A DNA stretch of 64,000 bases, taken from NCBI GenBank assembly GCA_043826435.1, contig JBDRQF010000030.1:1-64000 (forward strand), given 5' to 3'. The notes beneath the pieces were generated by a model, which searched no databases, was not told the DNA's origin, and saw nothing but the letters and a program-made list of their open reading frames with translations. Every line of letters begins with the position of its first letter. Position 1 is the first letter of the stretch. This DNA is from Elusimicrobiota bacterium. GTDB taxonomy: Bacteria > Elusimicrobiota > Endomicrobiia > CG1-02-37-114 > JAHJSO01. The translations under genes and the position numbers were made by a program. Below, piece after piece: positions 55,508-64,000 of the stretch.

Positions 55508-57614
55508 CCACCAACCGGTGGGAAATTTTCCGGAGGTGTTTGACAAGGCGTACGAAGCGGCTTACGGGCCGTTTGCGCGGATGATGGAAAAACATTCCAG
55601 AATAAAATGGACGCTGCACTGCACAGGCATCCTGTGGGATTATTTCATGCGGGAGCAACCCGGCTACGTATCCCTTGTAAAGAAAATGGCGGGACGAGGG
55701 CAACTGGAAATACTTACCGGCGGCTACTACGAACCCGTGCTTACCGTCCTGCCGGACGCTGACAAGACGGGACAGATAAACAAACTCACCGCTTTCATAA
55801 AAAACGAATTCGGCGTTAAGCCGCGAGGGATATGGCTTGCCGAAAGAATCTGGGAAGAACACCTTACGAAAGTCCTCTGCGGTGAGGGCATTGAATACAC
55901 CCTGCTGGACGACTACCATTTTGTTTCAGCGGGACGGTCGCCGGACGAACTCAGGGGCTATTTCATCACCGAGGAGCAGGGGATGATGCTGAATGTCTTT
56001 CCGATAAGCCAGGATTTAAGGTATTACATACCATGGAGGCCGGTTACAGAATGCATTGAATATCTGAAAGTGGTTGCGGAAAAATCCCCGGGCGACTGCA
56101 TAACCATGGTGGATGACGGGGAAAAGTTCGGCTTGTGGCCGCATACCTACAAGTCCGTTTGGACGGACGGCTGGATGGAGAAGTTTTTGACCGCAATTGA
56201 AGAAAATTCAGAATGGCTTGTTCCGGTAACGTTTAGTGAATTTTTGGACGGGCATGCCCCGAAGGGCAGGGTATATCTCCCGACGGCAAGTTATTTTGAA
56301 ATGACCCAATGGGCGATGTCCCCCCGCGCCCAGCAGGAACTTGAGGACGTTTCAAAGAAAGCGGACGACGTAACCATGAAATATCTGAGGGGAGGAGCGT
56401 GGAAAAATTTCATGGTAAAATACCCGGAGTCCAACAACATGCACAAGAAGATGCTGTATGTGAGCGGCAAGGTTGAGAAAGCGGTTAAAAAGGCGAAGGG
56501 TGCGGAAAAGGGCGCCTCCCTGCCCGCTGAGACGCAGGAGTGCATTGAAAACCTTTATGCAGGGCAGTGCAACTGCGCCTACTGGCACGGGGTTTTCGGC
56601 GGGATTTACCTGCCCCACCTGAGGCATGCAATTTACGAAAAACTTATCCGGGCGGAGAACGCCGCCGACAGGTTGCTGAAAAAAGGCGTCGGGAGCATCG
56701 GGAGCGGCGGGGACGCCGAGGACGGCGATGGCTCCGGGGTGAAAACCGCTAAATTTGATTTTGATTGCGACGGTAAAGACGAAATAATAATTGAGACGGA
56801 AAAGAATAACCTGTATTTCAGACCGGGGACAGGCGGTTGTCTTTTTGAGTGGGACATAAGGGCTGCAAGCGTAAACATACTGAACGTTTTAACCCGCAGG
56901 CAGGAGGCATACCACAGGAAACTGCTTGAAATGGTGGACATAAAGAAAAAAACCGCGGGACAGCAACTGTCGGCGAAGAACGCCGTGGAATTAGGGCTTT
57001 CATTTTTGAAAGAGGAAAACCTTGACAGTCACCTCCTGTATGACTGGTACAAGAGGGATTCGCTGATAGACCATTTCCTGCACCCGAATACCTCATACGA
57101 GGACTTCAGGAGGTGCAATTACGGTGAGCAAGGCGACTTTGTCGCCGGTGAATACGTTTCCAGGGTGACCAGGAAAGAAATTGTATTATGGAGGGAAGGC
57201 ATTGTGTGGATAAAAAATTCGCCCTGCCGGTTAAAAGTCAAAAAGAGCGTATCCCTGACAAAAAATAACCCGCTGGAGGTCAGGTATTCTCTTTCCAACC
57301 TTATGAGGCACAGGGTGGAACTGATATTCGCCCCTGAATTTAATTTTGCATTTTCTTTCAGAAAGAACGAAGATGTTGTAAACTCTGTCACGGGGGTGTG
57401 GAGCAGGTCCGACGAACCGCATAAAATAAAGGTTGAAATCAATGCGGGAGCAGGATGCGAAATGTGGTGTTTCCCCATTGAGACGGTGTCGCTATCAGAG
57501 GGAGGTTTTGAGAAGACATACCAGGGGACTTCGGTCCTGCCTCACTGGAAAGCCATCATCCCCGAATCGGGGACGGTTGATTTCAAAATAGAGATAACGG
57601 TAAATGAAATATAA
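55473..57614 (+). CDS. GH57 alpha-amylase/4-alpha-glucanotransferase
   Basis: HNHQP, WLAER, DDGEKFG and YWHG.FGG.YLPHLR motifs. Confidence 0.92.
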   Translation: MKKLYFLFGIHNHQPVGNFPEVFDKAYEAAYGPFARMMEKHSRIKWTLHCTGILWDYFMREQPGYVSLVKKMAGRGQLEILTGGYYEPVLTVLPDADKTGQINKLTAFIKNEFGVKPRGIWLAERIWEEHLTKVLCGEGIEYTLLDDYHFVSAGRSPDELRGYFITEEQGMMLNVFPISQDLRYYIPWRPVTECIEYLKVVAEKSPGDCITMVDDGEKFGLWPHTYKSVWTDGWMEKFLTAIEENSEWLVPVTFSEFLDGHAPKGRVYLPTASYFEMTQWAMSPRAQQELEDVSKKADDVTMKYLRGGAWKNFMVKYPESNNMHKKMLYVSGKVEKAVKKAKGAEKGASLPAETQECIENLYAGQCNCAYWHGVFGGIYLPHLRHAIYEKLIRAENAADRLLKKGVGSIGSGGDAEDGDGSGVKTAKFDFDCDGKDEIIIETEKNNLYFRPGTGGCLFEWDIRAASVNILNVLTRRQEAYHRKLLEMVDIKKKTAGQQLSAKNAVELGLSFLKEENLDSHLLYDWYKRDSLIDHFLHPNTSYEDFRRCNYGEQGDFVAGEYVSRVTRKEIVLWREGIVWIKNSPCRLKVKKSVSLTKNNPLEVRYSLSNLMRHRVELIFAPEFNFAFSFRKNEDVVNSVTGVWSRSDEPHKIKVEINAGAGCEMWCFPIETVSLSEGGFEKTYQGTSVLPHWKAIIPESGTVDFKIEITVNEI

Positions 57615-58272
57615 CAACGTCCTGTTTTTTGCTTTTCTGTCTTCTCTTTTAGGTCTGGATGTGACTGCCGTCGCCCAGACGATGGTCTCCAGGCCGATAG
57701 TCGCAGCGTCTATTGCCGGGTATTTACTGGGTGATTTGAAAACCGGCGTTTTGATAGGTGCGGTGATTGAACTCGTATGGATAAGGGTTATACCGGTGGG
57801 CGCCGTCCCACCGGACACGACGGTAAGTTCATTACTGGCAACCTTCTGGTGCATAGGGGGCGCTGCACAGGGAGGCGGACTGACTCCGGGGGTGATGGAA
57901 AATTCAAGGATTATGCTGTCAATATTAATGGCGATCCCGTTCGGTATGGTTTTTAAAAAACTGGACATCGTCCACAGGCAGTTTAATACCTCGCTCGTCC
58001 ACCTTGTTGACAGGGAGGTAGAAAAACAGAAATACGGCATAATATCAAAAGCCGTTTTTCTGGGGGCCACCTTGTTCTGGCTGAAGGCGTTTGTTTTTTA
58101 CGGGCTGTTGTTTTACCCCGGCGCCCTGGCGGTTAATTTCCTGGAACCGGCGCTCAGCGGGGCCGTAAAGAGCGGGCTTGACACCGCCTTTAAACTAATC
58201 CCGGCAGCAGGGATTGTCGCTGCGTTCAGTATGTTCAGTAAAAGGAAACATGAAGACGTTCAGCCGTTTTAG
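57604..58272 (+). CDS. Mannose-family PTS IIC
   Basis: SRPIV...G..LGD...G..IGA..EL.W...P.GA.PP motif. Confidence 0.85.
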   Translation: MKYNNVLFFAFLSSLLGLDVTAVAQTMVSRPIVAASIAGYLLGDLKTGVLIGAVIELVWIRVIPVGAVPPDTTVSSLLATFWCIGGAAQGGGLTPGVMENSRIMLSILMAIPFGMVFKKLDIVHRQFNTSLVHLVDREVEKQKYGIISKAVFLGATLFWLKAFVFYGLLFYPGALAVNFLEPALSGAVKSGLDTAFKLIPAAGIVAAFSMFSKRKHEDVQPF

Positions 58273-59017
58273 AATTTTTTTCAGGTCGTTATTCCTGCAG
58301 AGCGCCTGGAATTTTGAGAGGATACAGAATATAGGTTTCCTGTATTGCGTCTTCCCTGCCCTCAGAATGATATATAAGAACAAGCCGGAGTTACTGCACA
58401 ATGCCGTAAAAAGACATTCGGGTTTTTTCAACACCCATCCTTACATGGCGAATATACTGATCGGTTTAACCATAGCCCTTGAGGAGCAGGTTGCCGGCGG
58501 CGACAAATCGGTAAGCAGGGAAGAGATTGAGGTTTTCAAGTCCAACATGGCAGGCCCGCTTGCAGCCATAGGTGACGCATTCTTCTGGGCCACCTGGCGG
58601 CCGTTCTGCGCTCTGCTGGTTGTTGCAGTCGTATTCCTTTACGGCGGTGCGGATGACGTGGTTATAAAAGTATCGCTCGGCGTATTCCTGCTGGTGTATA
58701 ACTCCGTCCATATAGGCGTCCGGTACATGGGGCTCAAAGAGGGCTACGGGATGAAGACGAAGATAGTCAAAAAGATAGCCACATTTAAGGTCCAGAAACT
58801 GGTTGATAACGTACGTATAGCAGGCATTGTAATAATCTGTGTCATCGTCGTAAAATATTTTTTGTTTGATTTATCCGGCGCGGCGGAAAGGGGGTTTTTC
58901 GCCCTGGCGCTGGCTGCCGGGATTTTCCTTGACGTAAAAAAAATATCCGTTACCTTTTTGTTTTACGGTCTGATAATTATATCAGTTTTATACGCTTATG
59001 CAGGAAAGAACTTTTAA
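58250..59017 (+). CDS. Mannose-family PTS IID
   Basis: WNFER.Q..G, FFNTHP and GPLAAIGD.FFW motifs. Confidence 0.92.
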   Translation: MKTFSRFRIFFRSLFLQSAWNFERIQNIGFLYCVFPALRMIYKNKPELLHNAVKRHSGFFNTHPYMANILIGLTIALEEQVAGGDKSVSREEIEVFKSNMAGPLAAIGDAFFWATWRPFCALLVVAVVFLYGGADDVVIKVSLGVFLLVYNSVHIGVRYMGLKEGYGMKTKIVKKIATFKVQKLVDNVRIAGIVIICVIVVKYFLFDLSGAAERGFFALALAAGIFLDVKKISVTFLFYGLIIISVLYAYAGKNF

Positions 59018-59264
59018 GATAAAGAACAGGTTAGGCCTGCATGCCAGGCCGGCTGCGATGCTTGTCCAGATAACCACAAGGCGCGCGTCTAAGGTTATGA
59101 TTCACAAAGACGACCAGGAGGTTGACGGGAAAAGTATCATGGGGCTGATGACGCTTGCAGCCGAGTGCGGCTCGGAAATAAAGATTGTTGCCGACGGCGT
59201 GGACGAACAGCAGGTGCTTGATGAGATAGCAGGGTTGATTGAGAATAAATTCAGCGAGGACTGA
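58998..59264 (+). CDS. ptsH: Phosphocarrier protein HPr
   Basis: GLHARPA (His15) and KSIMGL (Ser46). Confidence 0.96.
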   Translation: MQERTFKIKNRLGLHARPAAMLVQITTRRASKVMIHKDDQEVDGKSIMGLMTLAAECGSEIKIVADGVDEQQVLDEIAGLIENKFSED

Positions 59265-59292
59265 TAAAAAATAACGCAGTAAGGAGCCTAAA

Positions 59293-61038
59293 ATGGAAAA
59301 TTCAGAGCAGACCAACGTCTTGAAAGGTGTTTTGGCGTCAGGCGGGATCGCCATCGGGAAGGCATTCCTGTTTGAAGAGGAGGATTTCTGCATAGTTCCG
59401 CGCAAGATTCAAAAGGCCGCAGTCAAAAAGGAGATTGAGAGGTTTAAAGATGCGATAAGCCATGTGAAAACGGACTTAAGCAACACGAAGGAACAGATCC
59501 TGAAAACACTCGGCAAGAAACACGAGCCGCTTGTAGACGCCTACCTGCTTATGCTTGAAGACCCGATACTCAACAGAGACGTCATAAGAAAAATTCAGGA
59601 CGACAACGTGAACGCAGAGTACTCCCTGTGGTCAACCCTTGAAAAGGTTACCCAGTCGTTTGAAAAGATAGACGACGAGTACTTCCGCGAGAGGAAAAAC
59701 GACGTCCAGGAAATCGGCAGAAGGATTATGCGTAACCTGACCGGCCAGCACAGGAAACACATTTCGGAAGCCCCGCCCGACTCAATAATCATAGCGCACT
59801 CCCTTGCCCCGGCGGACACAATGATGCTCAAGGAACACAAGATCAGCGGGTTTGCAATAAACGTCGGCGGCAGGACTTCCCACGTAGCGATAGTGGCGCA
59901 GGGCCTTGAGATACCCGCCGTCGTCGGATTAAAAAATATAACCGCAGTGGTGAATTACGGGGACACCATTATCATAGACGGCAACCAGGGGCTCGTAATA
60001 GTTAACCCGGACCAGCAGACGCTTGAGAACTACCAGAGGGAATGCGAGATACAGATAAGGGAGAGGAAGGAACTTGAAAAACTCAGGGACCTGCCTGCTG
60101 AAACGACCGACGGCCACCGGGTTTCACTTGCCTGCAACATTGAAACGCTGGATGAATTAAAGTCGGTACTAAATTCCGGTGCCGAGGGCATAGGGCTGTT
60201 CAGGACGGAGTTCCTCTATCTCACCAGGAAGAGTCCCCCGACGGAAGAGGAACACTACGAAATATACACCGCTGTTGCGCAAAAGATGCTGCCTTACTCG
60301 GTAATCATCAGGACAATGGACATCGGCGGGGACAAATTGGCGGAATTAGGTTTTGAGGGTTTTACCTCAGAGGATAACCCGTTTCTGGGTATGCGGGCGA
60401 TACGGCTGTCACTCAAGTATCCCGAATTATTCAAGGCGCAAATCAGGGCGATACTGCGGGCTTCAAAAAACGGAAATTTAAAGATACTGTTTCCGATGAT
60501 TTCCGGCGTGGATGAGTTAAGACAGGCGAAACGGCTGATGCAGGAATCAAAACAGGAACTTATGTCAAAAAACATCGCATTTGACGAGAAAATTGAAATA
60601 GGCGTTATGATAGAAATACCGTCAGCCGCGCTCACGGCTGATTTAATTGCAAAGGAGTGCGACTTCCTTTCAATAGGCACGAACGATTTGATACAATACA
60701 CCCTTGCCGTTGACAGGATGAACGAGAGCGTCGCCCATATGTACGAGCCGCTGCACCTTTCCATCCTGCGTCTGTTAAAACACATCATTGACGCAGGCCA
60801 CAACGCCGGGAAGTGGGTCGGGATGTGCGGGGAGATGGCGTCCGACCCGACATTCACTACCATACTGCTTGGGATGGAACTGAACGAATTCAGCATGCCG
60901 CCGCTTTCGGTACCGAGAATAAAGAAAATAATAAGGTCCACTTCCCTCATTGAGGCGAAAGACCTTGCCCGAGAAGTGCTTTCTACGAATGACCGGGCGA
61001 TACTTCTGGGGACCATCAAAAAAGGTGTTATTGTATAA
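59293..61038 (+). CDS. ptsI: PTS enzyme I
   Basis: TSHVAI, GLFRTE, NPFLG.R, GTNDL.QY and CGEMA motifs. Confidence 0.97.
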   Translation: MENSEQTNVLKGVLASGGIAIGKAFLFEEEDFCIVPRKIQKAAVKKEIERFKDAISHVKTDLSNTKEQILKTLGKKHEPLVDAYLLMLEDPILNRDVIRKIQDDNVNAEYSLWSTLEKVTQSFEKIDDEYFRERKNDVQEIGRRIMRNLTGQHRKHISEAPPDSIIIAHSLAPADTMMLKEHKISGFAINVGGRTSHVAIVAQGLEIPAVVGLKNITAVVNYGDTIIIDGNQGLVIVNPDQQTLENYQRECEIQIRERKELEKLRDLPAETTDGHRVSLACNIETLDELKSVLNSGAEGIGLFRTEFLYLTRKSPPTEEEHYEIYTAVAQKMLPYSVIIRTMDIGGDKLAELGFEGFTSEDNPFLGMRAIRLSLKYPELFKAQIRAILRASKNGNLKILFPMISGVDELRQAKRLMQESKQELMSKNIAFDEKIEIGVMIEIPSAALTADLIAKECDFLSIGTNDLIQYTLAVDRMNESVAHMYEPLHLSILRLLKHIIDAGHNAGKWVGMCGEMASDPTFTTILLGMELNEFSMPPLSVPRIKKIIRSTSLIEAKDLAREVLSTNDRAILLGTIKKGVIV

Positions 61039-62837
61039 TGACGCAAAACATCAGAAATTTCTGCATAATAGCCCACATAGACCACGGCAAGTCAACCCTT
61101 GCGGACTGCCTGCTTGTCGCCACGAATGCCATATCCTCCAGGGACATTAAACCGCAGGTACTGGACGACATGGAACTGGAACGCGAACGGGGAATTACCA
61201 TCAGGTCAAAAACGGTCCGGCTTGACCACCGCACCCCGGACGGCGACGATTATATACTGAACCTCATTGACACCCCGGGGCACGTGGATTTTTCTTACGA
61301 GGTCTCGCGGGGCATTATCGCTTCCGAGGGGGTGCTGATGCTTGTGGATGCCACCCAGGGCGTTGAAGCCCAGACGCTTTCGCACTGCATGACCGCAAGG
61401 AAGCACGGCGTCCGGATAATTCCAATCATAAACAAAATTGACCTTGCCACCGCGGACGTAGAACGCACGGCGGGACAGATAAGGGACGTGCTCCATTTGG
61501 ATGAGAAGCCGCTTGAGATAAGCGCCAAGGAAGGCGTCGGAGTTGATGATGTCCTTGAGGCGATAGTGCAGAGAATTCCGCCGCCCGAGGGCAGTTCCGA
61601 CGCGCCGCTTAAGGCGGTCGTCTTTGATTCCTTTTACGACGCCTATCGCGGAGTAGTGGTTTACCTGCGGCTTATTGACGGGTGCGTCCGTCCGGGGATG
61701 AAGATTGCTTTCCTTTCATCAGGCAGGACGTACGAGGTCCTTGAGACAGGAGTCCTGCGTCTCAAGATGATACCCGCTCCCCACGGGCGGTTGTGCGCGG
61801 GTGAAGTCGGTTACATAATCGCAGGGATAAAAAACATACAAGACGTGAACATAGGGGATACGGTTTTTGAAAAAGACAAACCGGTTGAACGGCTTGACTC
61901 TGACTGGATAAGCATAAAGCCGTTCGTTTTTGCAGGGATATTCCCGATGAACCCCGGAGAGTATGATGCGCTTAAGGCGGCGCTTGAAAAACTCCACCTT
62001 ACCGACGCATCTTTTGTATATGGCCCCATAAGTTCAACTGCATTGGGGCCAGGATTCCACTGCGGCTTCCTGGGTTCGCTGCATCTTGAAATAATAAAGG
62101 AAAGAATTGAAAGGGAGTTCTCCGTCACCATTATCGTCACCTCGCCGAACGTCCGCTACAGGGTAAAGACAAAAAATTCAAAGGACGTAGTGGAGTTGGA
62201 CAACCCCGCCAGGTTCCCGCAGGACAACGAGATTGAGTTCGTTGAGGAGCCCTACGTTAAGGCGACGATAATTTCACCGACGGAATACCTGAGCAACGTC
62301 GTTGAGTTGTGCAAGAACATCAGGGGCAGGGTGGTGGAAATTAACCAGATGGATTCCACCATGGCCCTGGCGATTTTTGAATTACCACTTGCAGAGATAA
62401 TCGTAGGATTTTATGATTCGCTGAAGTCGGTGTCAAAGGGCTTCGCCTCTTTTGATTACGAGCAGACCGGCTACAGACAGTCGGACCTGACGAAATTAGA
62501 GGTCCTGATAAATTATGAAGTTGTTGATGCATTCGCCTACGTCGTCCATTCAAACAAGGTTGACAGGGTCGGTATGAAGATAGTGGAAAAACTTAAAGCC
62601 ACCATCCCCAGGCACATGTTCCAGATACCCCTGCAGGCGAGGGCGGGCGGAAGGATTGTAGCCCGCGAGGACATAAGGTCGCTTAAGAAAGACGTCCTTG
62701 CAAAGTGCTACGGCGGCGACATAACGCGCAAGAGAAAACTTCTTGAGAAACAAAGGGAAGGCAAGAAGAAGATGAAACAGTTCGGCAGGGTTGACATACC
62801 CCAGGAGACCTTCCTTGCTCTTCTGAAGATGGAGTGA
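61038..62837 (+). CDS. lepA: Elongation factor 4 (LepA)
   Basis: IAHIDHGKSTLAD and KCYGGDITRKRKLLEKQ motifs. Confidence 0.97.
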   Translation: MTQNIRNFCIIAHIDHGKSTLADCLLVATNAISSRDIKPQVLDDMELERERGITIRSKTVRLDHRTPDGDDYILNLIDTPGHVDFSYEVSRGIIASEGVLMLVDATQGVEAQTLSHCMTARKHGVRIIPIINKIDLATADVERTAGQIRDVLHLDEKPLEISAKEGVGVDDVLEAIVQRIPPPEGSSDAPLKAVVFDSFYDAYRGVVVYLRLIDGCVRPGMKIAFLSSGRTYEVLETGVLRLKMIPAPHGRLCAGEVGYIIAGIKNIQDVNIGDTVFEKDKPVERLDSDWISIKPFVFAGIFPMNPGEYDALKAALEKLHLTDASFVYGPISSTALGPGFHCGFLGSLHLEIIKERIEREFSVTIIVTSPNVRYRVKTKNSKDVVELDNPARFPQDNEIEFVEEPYVKATIISPTEYLSNVVELCKNIRGRVVEINQMDSTMALAIFELPLAEIIVGFYDSLKSVSKGFASFDYEQTGYRQSDLTKLEVLINYEVVDAFAYVVHSNKVDRVGMKIVEKLKATIPRHMFQIPLQARAGGRIVAREDIRSLKKDVLAKCYGGDITRKRKLLEKQREGKKKMKQFGRVDIPQETFLALLKME

Positions 62838-62845
62838 CAACAATG

Positions 62846-62957
62846 TGTCATTGCGACCGGTGGGTCATTGCGAGGCGAAGCCGAAGCAATCTCATGACAC
62901 AAAAAGTCATTGCGAACCGGTGGGTCATTGCGAGCCCTGAAGGGGCGAAGCAATCCC
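62846..62957 (+). repeat. Two compound GTCATTGCGAG repeat units
   Basis: [gtcattgcga(a)ccggtgg gtcattgcgag-hairpin-cgaagcaatcyc] x2. Confidence 0.9.
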
Positions 62958-62993
62958 ATCGTCAATAAATTCAATATAGGGAGAGGACCCATT

Positions 62994-63758
62994 ATGGAGA
63001 TAAAACTATTTATTGCAGGGCTGGTAACGCTTGTAATCACACTCGTACTGAGGCAGGTAAAAAAGAGAAAACCCTCGTTAGCGTCTTCAAAGGTGTTCTC
63101 AACCGCCCTTGACTGGCTTGAAACAATCTGGTCATCCGTCCTGCTGGCGAGCGTTATTATGTATTTTGTCGTCCAGGCGTTCAAGATACCGTCGGGCAGT
63201 ATGAGGCAAACGCTCGTAGAGGGAGACCACCTTTTCGTCAACAAGTTTATTTACGGTTTCCAGGTGCCGTTAAGCGGCGGAAAAAGGGTTCTCCCCCTGA
63301 GACAAATCCGCAGGAAAGACATTGTGATATTCAAATGCCCGCCTGACGCCCTTACGCCGCAGGAAAGGGAAAAGGGCGTCAAGAAGGATTTTATTAAAAG
63401 GGCGGTGGGACTGCCGGGCGACACGGTTGAAATAAAGAATAAGAAGTTGTACGTTAACGGCGTCCCCGTTGATGAGCCCTACACGAGTTTTGAGACGGAA
63501 TATCTCTTGCCGAACATTAAATATTTTAAATCAGCCGGGGAATACCGGAAGTCATGGGAAAACGGCGTGTTTGTCAACCTGCCCGTCAGGGACAATTTCG
63601 GCCCGGTGACCGTCCCGCAGGGATGCTATTTTGTCCTCGGTGACAACAGGGACAAATCGTTTGATTCCAGGTTCTGGGGCCCGCTTGAGGACAAATACGT
63701 AAAGGGGCAGGCGCTCGTGATTTACTGGCCTGTTTCAAGGATAAGGGTTATAAGATGA
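62994..63758 (+). CDS. lepB: Signal peptidase I
   Basis: IPSGSM..TL, FIKR..G.PGD and GDNRD.S.DSR.WG motifs. Confidence 0.95.
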   Translation: MEIKLFIAGLVTLVITLVLRQVKKRKPSLASSKVFSTALDWLETIWSSVLLASVIMYFVVQAFKIPSGSMRQTLVEGDHLFVNKFIYGFQVPLSGGKRVLPLRQIRRKDIVIFKCPPDALTPQEREKGVKKDFIKRAVGLPGDTVEIKNKKLYVNGVPVDEPYTSFETEYLLPNIKYFKSAGEYRKSWENGVFVNLPVRDNFGPVTVPQGCYFVLGDNRDKSFDSRFWGPLEDKYVKGQALVIYWPVSRIRVIR

Positions 63759-64000
63759 CCGTTTATATTCACATTCCGTTTTGCAGGAAGAAGTGCAGTT
63801 ACTGCGATTTCGTTTCGTATTCGGGTTTCAACGAAAAGACGGTTGACCTGTATCTGAAATGCCTCGCGCGGGAGATGGAAAATACCGACTGTCAAAGGCA
63901 GGAGTGTCAAAGTCGGGAATGTCAAAGTCGGGCGGCGGCAGGCCTTTCCGCAGATAACACTCTTTGTGCAGATAACACTCTCTATATAGGCGGAGGCACG
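63755..64000 (+). CDS. hemW: Radical SAM heme chaperone HemW/HemN-like, 5' part only
   Basis: Manual translation MTVYIHIPFCRKKCSYCDF...TLYIGGGT. Confidence 0.85.
   Translation, partial: MTVYIHIPFCRKKCSYCDFVSYSGFNEKTVDLYLKCLAREMENTDCQRQECQSRECQSRAAAGLSADNTLCADNTLYIGGGT

Overview
Chromosomal window from a diderm (LPS-producing) bacterium. Gene content (PorV-like/TPR protein, FlgD-Ig/T9SS-CTD-like protein, mannose-family PTS with HprK) suggests Elusimicrobiota or a related lineage; this is inference only. In order, the window contains: tuf end-rpmG-tRNA-Trp-secE-nusG-rplK-rplA, running into hisG rather than rplJL; an unexplained operon of an exported HEAT-repeat protein plus two copies of [2TM-HAMP-only protein + exported FGE-fold protein]; gltX-DUF1844-tRNA-Gln; an AT-rich restriction-modification islet with two MboII-like MTases and a PLD-family nuclease; comEC with a degenerate nuclease domain; dnaE; a minus-strand cluster of a Kelch/Ig CTD protein, receiver protein, PorV-like/TPR protein, TPR/HEAT protein and HD-GYP regulator; tRNA-Thr, PilZ and Moco genes; and a ~33 kb LPS/Kdo/heptose/Lpt/PTS/lepA-lepB-hemW block with an AT-rich sugar-nucleotide insert. 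The most interesting signals are the apparently domain-shuffled type IIS R-M system, the HEAT/HAMP/FGE operon, the T9SS-like cassette, an oriented GTCATTGCGAG hairpin repeat in front of genes, a duplicated divergent promoter module, and pervasive short in-frame tandem micro-duplications in housekeeping proteins. All family calls come from motif recognition by eye; no searches were run.
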